Made by a program: the position numbers and the translations under genes. Positions 12,560 to 24,176 of a stretch of DNA of 64,000 nucleotides are shown one piece after another (the first letter of the stretch is position 1; the number at the start of each line of letters is the position of its first letter). Source of the stretch: Octopus bimaculoides (Eukaryota); the NCBI RefSeq assembly GCF_001194135.2, contig NC_068997.1, positions 11,007,657 through 11,071,656 on the forward strand, written 5' to 3'. The notes under the pieces were generated by a model that saw only the letters and a program-made list of their open reading frames with translations, was not told the DNA's origin and did no database searches.

Positions 12560-12720
12560 GAGAGTGAGAGAGAGGGGAAGAGAGTGAGAGAGTAAGGGTG
12601 AGAGAGTAAGAGAGTAAGAGTGTAGAGAGTAGGAGAGTAAGAGTGTAGAGAGTAAGAGTGAGAGAGGGGGGAGTACGGGTGAGAGAGGGGGGAGTACGGG
12701 AGAGGGGGAGGGGGAGTACG
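12560..12720 (+). repeat. Purine-rich minisatellite (gagagta / gagagggggggagtacggg units)
   Basis: Visible degenerate units; six G3+ tracts at 12666-12714. Confidence 0.85.
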
Positions 12721-13202
12721 AGTCGTTACCAGATTTACGTTTGCATTTACAATAGACAAGAATAGTTTGGAGCATTTTGTCGGAATTAGCTACGAACTCC
12801 TATCAGCAAAGTTTCAAACTACTGCCATTTTGTGTAGAAGACGGCTTTTCGGAAAAGATAAAGTGATATTAAATTGAATCCGTACCTATTTAGAGTTATA
12901 CTTATAAATATATTACAGGCTCTTGTAAAGATTTATCTGACGATTACCAGGTGGTACAGTTTTTGTTTTTTAATATAATGTATATCTCTACTGTAGTGTT
13001 AACTCAAAATAAAAATGTGTTTTTATAGATGAACGTATGATTTGACAAATTTATTTCTTAGCAAAAAGTATATATATATTAGAAACATTGGAGATAATAT
13101 CTTTACTAAATGTGAACATAATGCGGAATGTATTGTGGTTTTTGTTCTTTGACACACCTACACGAATTTACACATATGGAGGTAATTTTCAAATGTTTAG
13201 AG

Positions 13203-13245
13203 CAGAGGTTCTCAAACATTTTGGGTCACCGACCCCTCATGGTCA
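13203..13245 (+). mobile_element. hAT (Charlie-type) terminus; element may extend to about 13830
   Basis: cagaggttctcaaacattttgggtcaccgacccct preceded by gtttagag, which fits the NTNTAGAN target typical of Charlie elements. gggttccgcggaacc occurs near 13770. No matching right TSD was found. Confidence 0.4.
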
Positions 13246-15718
13246 CATAATACTCTGAATGCCCCACCCCCAAATAACAGAAATACCTACTTATCTGGTG
13301 TCTTAAGTTGAGGAAGAGTGTATTAGCTTGTGCAAGGGACATATTTTTTTTACATACATCATTAACGATGCAACAGGATACATCATCCAAGATTTTTCCC
13401 GTGATTATTTGAATGAAAATTATTATTATGTTTTTTTTTATGTTATATAAGTGAAAATACTATCAACGTTATTAATTATGTCATTATGTTGCTGTAAAAC
13501 AACAAAGTACGGTGATTAATTGTCGAGTAAAATGTTTTCACTATAGTTTCCTACTGACTCACAGATCAATATATTATTTCAGATTGTGTACAAAATTAAT
13601 GGGTAGTTGACTATTTGGATGCTGTATTTGTTTTGCTACTGAAATACTGTCATTAATTTCAGAAATTTGTGGGATACTCGTGGATGTGGGTTAGAATTTA
13701 TCGACATTTATGATATTCTGTTTGCCATAATGATTAATTTGCACGATTTGGGATTTTAATGAAATAGGGTTCCGCGGAACCTTCTCTCAGACCGAGGGTA
13801 AAGCATGAAAAAATCTTCGGAGAAAACTGTGTGGGATGGAACTAGCTACTATCTGGCAATTAGAGGAGGTACAAAACCGTTTTGCGTGAACCATTGCCAA
13901 CAAATGAATATATGACAATAAACAAATTTAGTTTTTGACATTAGATGTATCGTAACTTTGAAGCAAATTCTGTCACTTAATATGTCGACTTCCTGAACTA
14001 TTGACAGATCGAAAAATGTTTCGTAAGAATTGCTTAACGAAGCTCGTTGGTGTGGGGTTCAACATTTAGATTAGCTTGTAGATTAGGAAAATCAAGAAAA
14101 GAGTTACTTAAGCTGTGTAGAACAGTGGAGAATATTGATGATATTCCTAGAAATGTATTTCTCCCCCCCTCCCCCTCCCCCCGAAAAAAAAACAGTGCTA
14201 ACGGACTCTTCACTGGCGTACAAGAAAATCATTACAAAGAGTAGTTGAGTACATCGACCAAAGTGAAGCAACTCTCATCCATTCAAATATGAATCAAAAT
14301 ACAGCGTCAGCAGTGTTACGCAATTTGTATGAAACATTCAAATATAACTGAGGTTTTGCTTGCTGACGTTTAAACTTGTTACTATCGATTGTATAGTTCT
14401 TGCCTCAACCCATAGCACCGAATGTGAGCAAACTAATATGCTATTAAGTCCGGCAGATACTAGTCAGAAGTTCCGTTGATCAGCATAGGACTCATTTGCG
14501 CTAGTGTGCAAATACATCTATCTCAGCGTCGTATTATTAAAAACATACATAGTTTTTCAAATGGTTTACTGGTTACGATATGATCACATATAATAATGGA
14601 AATATCCGTGTAGAGTATAACACTGAATTAGTATGATTGGTATATCTAATACAGTAGATGTTATTTGATGATGGGTATGCATTTTTTCTTAAACAACTTT
14701 GATACAGTGTAGGGAAACAACTACATACCTATCGCTAATTTCAGATTTACTAAGTGAATAAGGCGATACGCCTTGATAAACTATTCATCTGGTAAATAGA
14801 TATATTGCTTTTAATGCTGATCAACACTTTAATATTAGATTCGATCGTCTTATTTAGAGTAAGGGAATGCGTAGGAGGATTACCGGTTCAGTGAGGCTTA
14901 TTGATTTTATGTTGGGAACTTGGATATTTTTAGGTCAATGAATACGGGGAAAGTACGACGTGGAGGAAATTGTAGCGGAAAATATTTCTAAGCAGAAAGT
15001 AGTGTAGAAATTGTTTAAGATAGGTTCTTGGGGGAGGGAAGTGAAGAAATATTTCAGAAGATTGGATTTTGTAAGGGAACATACATGCAGTAATTTTATA
15101 GGAGAAACTGACGATGTAGAGTGACAAGCATATAAATATATGGATATGAGTGAGACATTGTTTAAAGCACAGATGATTAGATATTTGTTGTTAAATTAAA
15201 TATCCATGAAAGTGTGGCTTAGATAAACTGTGTATAGTATCAGAATAAAAAGAACATGCCAGAACTGAAGCATACTTTTGTTCTGAAGAGGAGTCTTCGT
15301 TGAGTTGCAGTAATTAAAAATCATACAAAATTGAGTGGTTTGATATTTATAAAGTTTGTGCAGCATTTCTGTGATAATGGCCATTGTAATTTCAGCATAA
15401 TCGATGGTGAGGATTGTATGCAGTAACAACAAAGGTGTGAGTGAATACCCTGCCCATAAAAAAAATGACAGATAAGTTTTCCTTATATACCACCATAGCG
15501 TCTGGGAAATGGCAGTACAGGTTGATTAATCTAATTAGACGTAAACTGTGCGTGAAACAGTGTGTTTCTTTATGGCTATCCAGACAAAATAAATTACAGG
15601 GTAAATTTCGTAGAATTGAAATAGTTAATTTCTTGTATTTAGAAATTACATAACACACATTTTAATATTATTTAACACACTTTTTAATATCAATACGCAT
15701 ATTTAACACACTTCGTGA

Positions 15719-15734
15719 TGACGTGATGACGTCA
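15719..15734. promoter_or_regulatory. Tandem CRE-like sites (TGACGTGA + TGACGTCA)
   Basis: Exact TGACGTCA at 15727-15734. Function unknown; could be chance. Confidence 0.15.
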
Positions 15735-16457
15735 GAAAATCTGAAATGCTTCATAGAACAGATTTCCTTTTTGAAGCATATTTTCAGATCAGATACATGT
15801 CATTGCTGATACAAAAATATATAACAAGTATTTATGTATTCATTGAATAGCTGATATTCTACCAACATCATGTACAATTTCATGTGTATATTAATCTTAC
15901 GTATCTAAGTGAAGTTTTTTTTTAGTATATTTTCCTCCTTGTGAACATGAATCTCTGGTATTTTACAGATAATCTCAAATATGTTGCAACACTTGCTAAA
16001 TGTTTTCTATAAAGTAATGTTGTATTGTACAATATTGAACATCACTCTCATAGAGTTATCTCATAAAAATCATATTACTACGGCAAATTGTTGTCTACAA
16101 ACTAAAGATTACTATTCTGCATCACAATATTTTTACTTGGTATAATACAAGCGCCATATTTACTGACCATAATTATGTGAAATGCTTATGCTGAATTCCA
16201 GACATTTTGCGTTTAAAATCTTAGAAATATTTCTTCAGCGAAGTCATTGTATCGTCCAATTAATGAAGTGTTCCCATTATATTTTAGGTACTCAAAGATG
16301 TATCTGGATAAAACACATACCTTGGCTCCAGTATTCATGTGCTTCTAGATGACTTTAACCGAAATGTAAATATTTTTTTCCTTTTGTCTTATGTAGTTAT
16401 AACAAAACTTTAAGGACAAAGTATTTATATATTTTTGCAATATCTAAAGTTGGAGTT

Positions 16458-16637
16458 AAGGTGGCGAGCTTAGAGAATCGTTAGCACGATGGGCAAAATG
16501 CTTTGCGGCATTTTGTCCGTCTTTACATTCTGAGTTCAAATTCGGACGAGGTCGACTTTGCCTTTCATCCTTTCGAGGTCATTAAAATATGTACCAGGTG
16601 GGCAATGGTGTCGATGTAATCGACTTGCCCCCTCCCA
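16458..16637 (+). mobile_element. SINE family A
   Basis: aaggtggcgagct ... ctgagttcaaattcggacgaggtcgactttgcctttcatcctttcgaggtc ... gtcgatgtaatcgact. Confidence 0.9.
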
Positions 16638-16669
16638 GGAACTGTATGAAACTAATGCCTTCAGTTGAA

Positions 16670-16892
16670 GGAAGGCGGCAGGCTAGCAGAATAGTTTCTG
16701 CACCGGGAAAAATACTTAGCGATCAACCTTAGGCTCCGCAAAGGTTCAAATCCCACTGAGTTCGATTTTGTCTTTAATTCTTTCGTGGTTCATAAAAGAG
16801 TGCCAGCTGATCACTGGAATGGATGTGGTCGATTTGGCCACCACACCCAAATTGCTGGATTTGTGCCAAAATTTGAAACCCATATAATAACT
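16670..16892 (+). mobile_element. SINE family A, diverged
   Basis: aaggcggcaggctagcagaatagtt ... ggttcaaatcccactgagttcgattttgtcttt ... tail ttgtgccaaaatttgaaacc. Confidence 0.7.
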
Positions 16893-16929
16893 AAATTTGT
16901 TAGAGAGGTATTACTTTGTGGTGTAGAGG

Positions 16930-17030
16930 TGCATGGCGTAGTGGTTAGGGTTGTTGATCTAATGATCTTAAGATTGTGGTCTCGATGCCTGGACCGGGTG
17001 ATGCGTTGTGTTCTTATAAACATAGCCGAG
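16930..17030 (+). mobile_element. tRNA-derived SINE family C, 5' part
   Basis: Box A tggcgtagtgg and box B-like ggtctcgatgcc. Similar to the minus copy at 49940-50115. Confidence 0.6.
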
Positions 17031-17221
17031 ATTCATATAAATGATTAATTACATACTTATATTGCGTGCCTTTGCCCATGTTTTCGCCCGCTTTACTATA
17101 TTTTATGATAGATTCAGTCGGTTCTGATTGCACCTCCGAATTACGTTACGCCCATGCACACACAAGCAAATACATAGAAACATATATGTACACATACACA
17201 CATATATATGTGTGTATATAA

Positions 17222-17256
<35 letters not shown>

Positions 17257-17667
17257 NNNNNNNNNNNNNNNNNNNNNNNNNNNNNNNNNNNNNNNNNNNN
17301 NNNNNNNNNNNNNNNNNNNNNNNNNNNNNNNNNNNNNNNNNNNNNNNNNNNNNNNNNNNNNNNNNNNNNNNNNNNNNNNNNNNNNNNNNNNNNNNNNNNN
17401 NNNNNNNNNNNNNNNNNNNNNNNNNNNNNNNNNNNNNNNNNNNNNNNNNNNNNNNNNNNNNNNNNNNNNNNNNNNNNNNNNNNNNNNNNNNNNNNNNNNN
17501 NNNNNNNNNNNNNNNNNNNNNNNNNNNNNNNNNNNNNNNNNNNNNNNNNNNNNNNNNNNNNNNNNNNNNNNNNNNNNNNNNNNNNNNNNNNNNNNNNNNN
17601 NNNNNNNNNNNNNNNNNNNNNNNNNNNNNNNNNNNNATATATATATATATATATATATATACATGTT

Positions 17668-17825
17668 TGTCCCCCTACCGTCACTTGACAACTCATGTCG
17701 GTGTGTTCGCGTCCCCGTAACTTAATAGTTCGGCAAAAAAGTACTAGGCTTATATAGAATAAGCCCAGGGTCCGATTTGTTCGACTAAAGGCGGGTGGTC
17801 CAGCATGGTCGCAGTCAAATGACTG
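17668..17825 (+). mobile_element. SINE family B, 3' half
   Basis: cccc ... cttgacaac ... gtccccgtaactta ... gttcggcaaaa ... aagtactaggctta ... cgactaaaggc ... ccagcatgg.cgcagtcaaatgactg. Related pieces lie at 55650-55745 and 55865-55930. Preceded by (TA)n. Confidence 0.7.
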
Positions 17826-17896
17826 CGTCATCGTTGTCATCGTTGTCGTCGTCATCATAATTACCACCACCACCACCATTATCATCACCATTGTCG

Positions 17897-17952
<56 letters not shown>

Positions 17953-18028
17953 GTTTAACATCTACATTTTCATGCTTGCATTATCAGATAAAAATCCTGC
18001 TACAACCCAACTTCAACACCCCACCGCC

Positions 18029-18060
<32 letters not shown>

Positions 18061-18265
18061 CAACAACAACAAGAACAAAAACAAGGACAACGATATCTCC
18101 ACTATCACCATTATCACAATTATCATCACCACCATCATCACGACAGTCACAAACCAACCTCAACATCTTCAATGTCACCACTAACAGTAGAGTCACCACG
18201 ATCGCCGCTGCCGTGACCACCACCACCACCATCACCAACACTATTGCCGCCATCATCATTCTAAT
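17826..18265. repeat. Long compound trinucleotide tract (CAT/CAC/AAC)
   Basis: Visible; source of several low-complexity ORF-track entries. Confidence 0.95.
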
Positions 18266-18749
18266 TCTCCTTTCACTTTTATCGTTACCAAGTTCAAATA
18301 GATGTCTCTAGGGTGCATCCGTATATATGGGATTAGTTGTTGCCCTATTGTATTTCTATGTTATAGTTCTGTCTTGTTGTTTTAAAAGTAGCTTTACTTT
18401 TCCTGGCGGGCTTTCTTCATGTTTTGACAGTTTGTGAAATAAAATATTTGCAACGTATGCAATGTTATTTCATTACTCGGTGATTGTATTTCCTATGTGC
18501 TGTATGTCTTGCAGCAATGACATAGATTTTAGCTAGTTTAGCATACATTGTTTGTATAATATAAAAAAAGATGTGTATTTTGTGTATTGAGTCAAACATT
18601 ATGGACGATAAGGGTATTGACATCTCAAACTTTTTTTATAAATTCTTGTCAGCAAGCGCTCTTCATTATATACAGATGATTCGTGTCAATTACTTTGTGG
18701 TGCCTCTCGAGTTATTCTGGCAGCTTCTGGTCAGATCGTATGGAACGAA

Positions 18750-18800
18750 AAACAAACATAATCCCCGTAGGGTTTGAACTCAGTACGTAAAGAGCCGTAA
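18750..18800 (-). mobile_element. SINE family A fragment
   Basis: Minus ctttacgtactgagttcaaaccc. Confidence 0.45.
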
Positions 18801-20481
18801 GTTCATTTCTTATATAGAAATGGTGTCTTGGGGTTGACAAACGTTTCTTATGGTTGGCAAAATTTTCCCTTGGTTGGCAAACCTGTTACGAAAATTGCCT
18901 GTCTGCATAATGTAGAATTTGAGGAAAAACTTCCAAATAAATACTATACATGAATATTAGCGTTGCCTAACCTCAGCAAAAATCATAGTGTTACGAAGGT
19001 TGACATATTTTTAGAACTCATTGCAAAGAATATTCCTTTTATAATCATATTATATGCTCTTTGTGTTTATTGTTTTAACCTCGCTGTTTTATAACATCCT
19101 TTCAACGGGTGTTCTGTAACCGATGAACCCAATTTAAGGAGACCTATGATTACAGACATTCTAGCCGATACACCACTTTTCGAGTATTTTGGAATTAATG
19201 CAGCAGCGTATACTTTTATTTAACTTAATTGTATATAGAGGGATTACTGAGTAATATCAATTTAGCTACTGGCAAGTAACCACATAGACACATCACATTC
19301 TTGACATAATTGGATTTAGTTTTTCGGTTGCTTAGATCATGAATCTCTTTGCAAAAGTCTTGATTCTTGTGGTTTGGTCTCAGCCTTTATTCATCTAACT
19401 GTACACGGACAACACATCATTTAAAATTTTCTATTCATATTCACAATATAACGAGGGATTTGACAAAGTCAAAATGATATATCGATCGGGAAAAAAAACT
19501 GACCTTGATAATGTTCCGACGATATTCTGTGAACAATGTCGAGAAAGTATTACGCTATAACATTTGAAAAAATCGGCAGGGGAGCAATAATTGCCAGTGT
19601 TGTTTTGAAATTTATTAATGTTGTATGTATTTAGATTTCCTGTTTCAACTTTTATTCGCTTATAGATTTTCTCTTACACTTGTTGTCATCGCCCAATGTA
19701 ACATTGTAAAGTTAATCTAATTTTAAGTTGATGAAGATATCAATGAATTGGTCTTAATGGTGTACCATTTAATCGTGACAAGGAGCTTAGCACTAAAGTA
19801 GATAAAAGAATTATCATTCACTAGAATTTTATCGAATTCATTATGAGTTGTTCTCATCTCATAAGATTTCTTAAAATTACTTATGACTTCAGTTTAGGAA
19901 CTTCATCAAATAAACCAATTTCTATGTTGTCAGTATTCATTATATTTTATTCAATCAGGAAAAAAAGAGAGCTAATAGGTTGTAACTATTGCAGGATCCC
20001 TAGCATTCTGTGAGAGAAGTATAATCGATTAAAACACTCCCAGTATATAACCTCATTTCATTGACTGGAATAGATACATTACGTAACCTTATTTCACTGA
20101 CTGGAATAAATACGGACAACAAAAACCAAACAAACAATATTTATCCTCATATATTTAACTTAGGAAGCTAAAGACTTTAGAAAGAAATAGAAAGGTCAAT
20201 GAATGGAAACAAGAAAACATTCTCTCTTGAGTTTATGATTTTCATCACAATATCTAGAAAACGATTAGTGTCCAGTTGTTCACTCTAATTCTTCAAATAG
20301 TTTCACATTTCCGCTAGACAAATTTTATTACATTTGACACTACATAGTAAATCTCTTCATTATTTAAAGCAGGCTGAGCCCTACAGTAGAAAATCCTTTA
20401 CTGGTTCAAATACTGGTTCTCTTACTAAAGATTAAATAGACGGTTATGAACTTTCTGAGAGATGGGTGGGCAACCATTCTA

Positions 20482-20726
20482 TTGGGTTGCTTTATAATTA
20501 TTGCACCAGCCAAATTCTATACAGCAAAACAATAACAATAACATTTAACAAAAACATCCCTAAATGACGGTTTGACCGTATGCCAAGCAAATGGGAAGCA
20601 GTAATTGAATTAGATCGTGAATATGCTCCGGAAAAATCATTTGAAGATGTTTTTATTACATGTTGTTATTGTTTTTGTTGAATAAAATTTGTTGAAAAAA
20701 GCCGCAATAATGATGCACCAATCCAA
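20482..20726 (+). mobile_element. Mariner-type MITE with TA duplications
   Basis: TA|ttgggttgctttataattattgc ... gccgcaataatgatgcaccaatccaa|TA; the TIRs resemble the Hsmar1/Made1 type. Internal 20568-20636 encodes RFDRMPSKWEAVIELDREYAPEK, like a mariner transposase C-terminus. Confidence 0.75.
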
Positions 20727-22131
20727 TACGTTTGCCTATTATTACCTCCCCACCGCACGCATGAACATATGCCCGTTTACTTATAAATNNNNNNNNNNNN
20801 NNNNNNNNNNNNNNNNNNNNNNNNNNNNNNNNNNNNNNNNNNNNNNNNNNNNNNNNNNNNNNNNNNNNNNNNNNNNNNNNNNNNNNNNNNNNNNNNNNNN
20901 NNNNNNNNNNNNNNATATATATATATGTATATATATATATATATGAAGAGAGAGGAGACAGAGAGAAACAACGAATAAAGAATGAGTATTGTACATCTAC
21001 TTTGAAGCACGTTTCGGTTTACAAGTGTCTTGAAATCCCAACACGTGTTTCTGTTTATCAGCGTCTGTGGGCCCTTAGATGTGATTGTTTCGTGCATCTA
21101 ACCGATCTATACTAAATGCCTTATAATCAGAATTTTGATTCAAAGATTGGAGTCTTTATATAACTGTTTTCAAGGTGTTCTTTATGCGGCACCTAAGACA
21201 AATTCCTAAAACATCTGATGATGAGAGAAAGGAATTACTCATATCTTTACTTCCAAATATGATTTATTCATTTTTCAATTAACGATAATATGTATTCATT
21301 TATACAGAAAGTTGATTAGATATTTTCCTAATAAGAAATTTTAGTATTAATTCATTAACATTAGAGAGACATACGTATTCCTTGATTTAAGGTTTTTTTT
21401 TTCTGTAAATGCATTTAATTCTCTTGATGTTTACTGGATTCAATTATCATATCTTATCAGTATGGGCATATATCGTAAAACCAAGGCGCTAAAATTAGCT
21501 TCTTCGCTATCATTTTTTTCTTTTTTGAGAGTGTTTCAAATCTCTGTAACACCGCATGTTTTGCTCCGATCTCTGCTCATTTACATTATATTGCTCTATC
21601 CTCAACAGTTAATAATTTTTTATCATTCTGACCTTGATAAGTTGCTACTCCGAGTTTAAATATAACTGGAATTTTAGGTATATCATGTTGTATTACAATC
21701 TCCACGATGCTTTCTTCTTTTTCCTTCTACTTGATATCATTTCCCTAACCGCATATGATATGTTAGGCATTTATCTTTCACTTCATCCAACTGTAGAGGG
21801 GAAAAAACCTATAAAACGTTGTGTAAAAATTTCACTTTTTGGATCGGAATTTGTACAATAATTAATTGATTTGAGATAAATCAGTCTGAATCGCGAACGA
21901 TCCAGCTGAATACAATTGTAATTGTTTCTTCTAAATGATTCTAAATGTTTCCTGATATGGTGTTATTGACCAAGTCAAGATTTTAACGGAGCGCCAGTAT
22001 GTTATCTGCCTAAATATTAGATCCCATTTTCTTTTGTGTTAAACACAAACAGACACACATACACACACACATACACGCACATATATATATATATATATAT
22101 ATTGAGAGAGAGAGAGAGAGANNNNNNNNNN

Positions 22132-22186
<55 letters not shown>

Positions 22187-23500
22187 TGTATATGTATATA
22201 TGTATACATATATTTGTATGTAAGTGTATATATGTATATGTGCGTGTCTATGTGGATTTAAACATTATAAGGAGATAGATATATGTTAAAATATTTATTA
22301 TCTTATCTCAAATAAATCCAACAGACTTTGTCTTAAAAGTAAAAATTGTACCTTCCCTAATTATTGTACATGTATATAGTGTTAATTATTTACAAATGGT
22401 TTCTGATTTCTGCATATAAATCAAATTTCTCCAATTAAAGGTATTTTTAAATATAATCAAGTATGTATACAATCAATTTAGAATTTGTGAGAATCTNNNN
22501 NNNNNNNNNNNNNNNNNNNNNNNNNNNNNNNNNNNNNNNNNNNNNNNNNNNNNNNNNNNNNNNNNNNNNNNNNNNNNNNNNNNNNNNNNNNNNNNNNNNN
22601 NNNNNNNNNNNNNNNNNNNNNNNNNNNNNNNNNNNNNNNNNNNNNNNNNNNNNNNNNNNNNNNNNNNNNNNNNNNNNNNNNNNNNNNNNNNNNNNNNNNN
22701 NNNNNNNNNNNNNNNNNNNNNNNNNNNNNNNNNNNNNNNNNNNNNNNNNNNNNNNNNNNNNNNNNNNNNNNNNNNNNNNNNNNNNNNNNNNNNNNNNNNN
22801 NNNNNNNNNNNNNNNNNNNNNNNNNNNNNNNNNNNNNNNNNNNNNNNNNNNNNNNNNNNNNNNNNNNNNNNNNNNNNNNNNNNNNNNNNNNNNNNNNNNN
22901 NNNNNNNNNNNNNNNNNNNNNNNNNNNNNNNNNNNNNNNNNNNNNNNNNNNNNNNNNNNNNNNNNNNNNNNNNNNNNNNNNNNNNNNNNNNNNNNNNNNN
23001 NNNNNNNNNNNNNNNNNNNNNNNNNNNNNNNNNNNNNNNNNNNNNNNNNNNNNNNNNNNNNNNNNNNNNNNNNNNNNNNNNNNNNNNNNNNNNNNNNNNN
23101 NNNNNNTATATATATATGTACGTATATATATAAGTATGTATAAATATATGTGTGTGCATATATATATATATATATAAGTATATGTGTATGTGTGTGTACA
23201 CATACATATTTATTTGTAGATAAATACGTAATTATCGGTAGCTGGAACCCATTACGAAAAGTGAAGTGTTTATCAACAGAGAGAAATGAATGTATTTGTA
23301 AAGCTATTGAATGGAAATTACGTTAATGATTATGATTATAGATTGTGGACGAATCGTCTCAACGAACGTACTGCCGAGTCTTCATTCCTGTTACAAATTC
23401 TTGATGAAGTTCCGAAGTTTTCTGTTTACAATGAAAATATGAGTAGCTAATTGATTCCTACTATCTTGATCGAAAATATATAAAATGTCACGATTACGAT

Positions 23501-23586
<86 letters not shown>

Positions 23587-24116
23587 TTGCAATTGTCAAA
23601 AGTTTCAGCTTTTGTCTGAATATTTCAAATAATTCCTGAGTATGTCCTAACTTTGATTGATATTATCAATTATTATAGCAGACGCCAAAGATCGAACTAA
23701 CAATATTTTACGTTTTAGGTCATCGATCGCTATTTGTGGTGCTTGAAATTGTGGACCTCAAAACATCTCAGGCAGCATAAATGATGAATCTAAGCCAATT
23801 TCTCGATGATCAATTCTTGCGAAGACCTCCTTATGACAGCCTTGCTTTTAATCCCTGTTAGAACCGAGCACAAATGGCTCGAAAGCCCAGGCAGAGCATC
23901 AAATTTCATCCAGGGTTCCAGAGCTCAAAGTCTTAGTTCAAAAAGATATACGATAAAGATAACTAATTTATTTTGTCGGCTAAACAATGGGAAAGTTACA
24001 ATTATAGACTGGAGTTATTAACATGTAAAAGAAGTAATATGCTTTATACCCGCCAGTAATAAAATAAGCGCTTTTGTTTAGTAACGTACGACTCAGCAAT
24101 AAAAATATGCACATAC

Positions 24117-24176
24117 ATTCCCGGCACATTGTTGCATCGATATTTAGAATGTTGACATTCAGCGACTTCACAAGAC
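24117..24176 (-). CDS. Candidate 60-nt symmetric exon
   Basis: Acceptor ttagttattttag|G and donor AAT|gtatgt. Open as LVKSLNVNILNIDATMCRE (phase 1) or SCEVAECQHSKYRCNNVPG (phase 2). Confidence 0.3.

Noticed and set aside
13663-13715. NLWDTRGCG resembling a GTPase G3 motif
   Set aside because: An in-frame stop follows within 8 codons, and it lies inside a probable hAT derivative.
21000-21070. Second hammerhead-like string on minus (CTGATAA ... CCGAAACGTG)
   Set aside because: No stem II closes next to the core, the cleavage triplet would be GUG, and there is no stem I.
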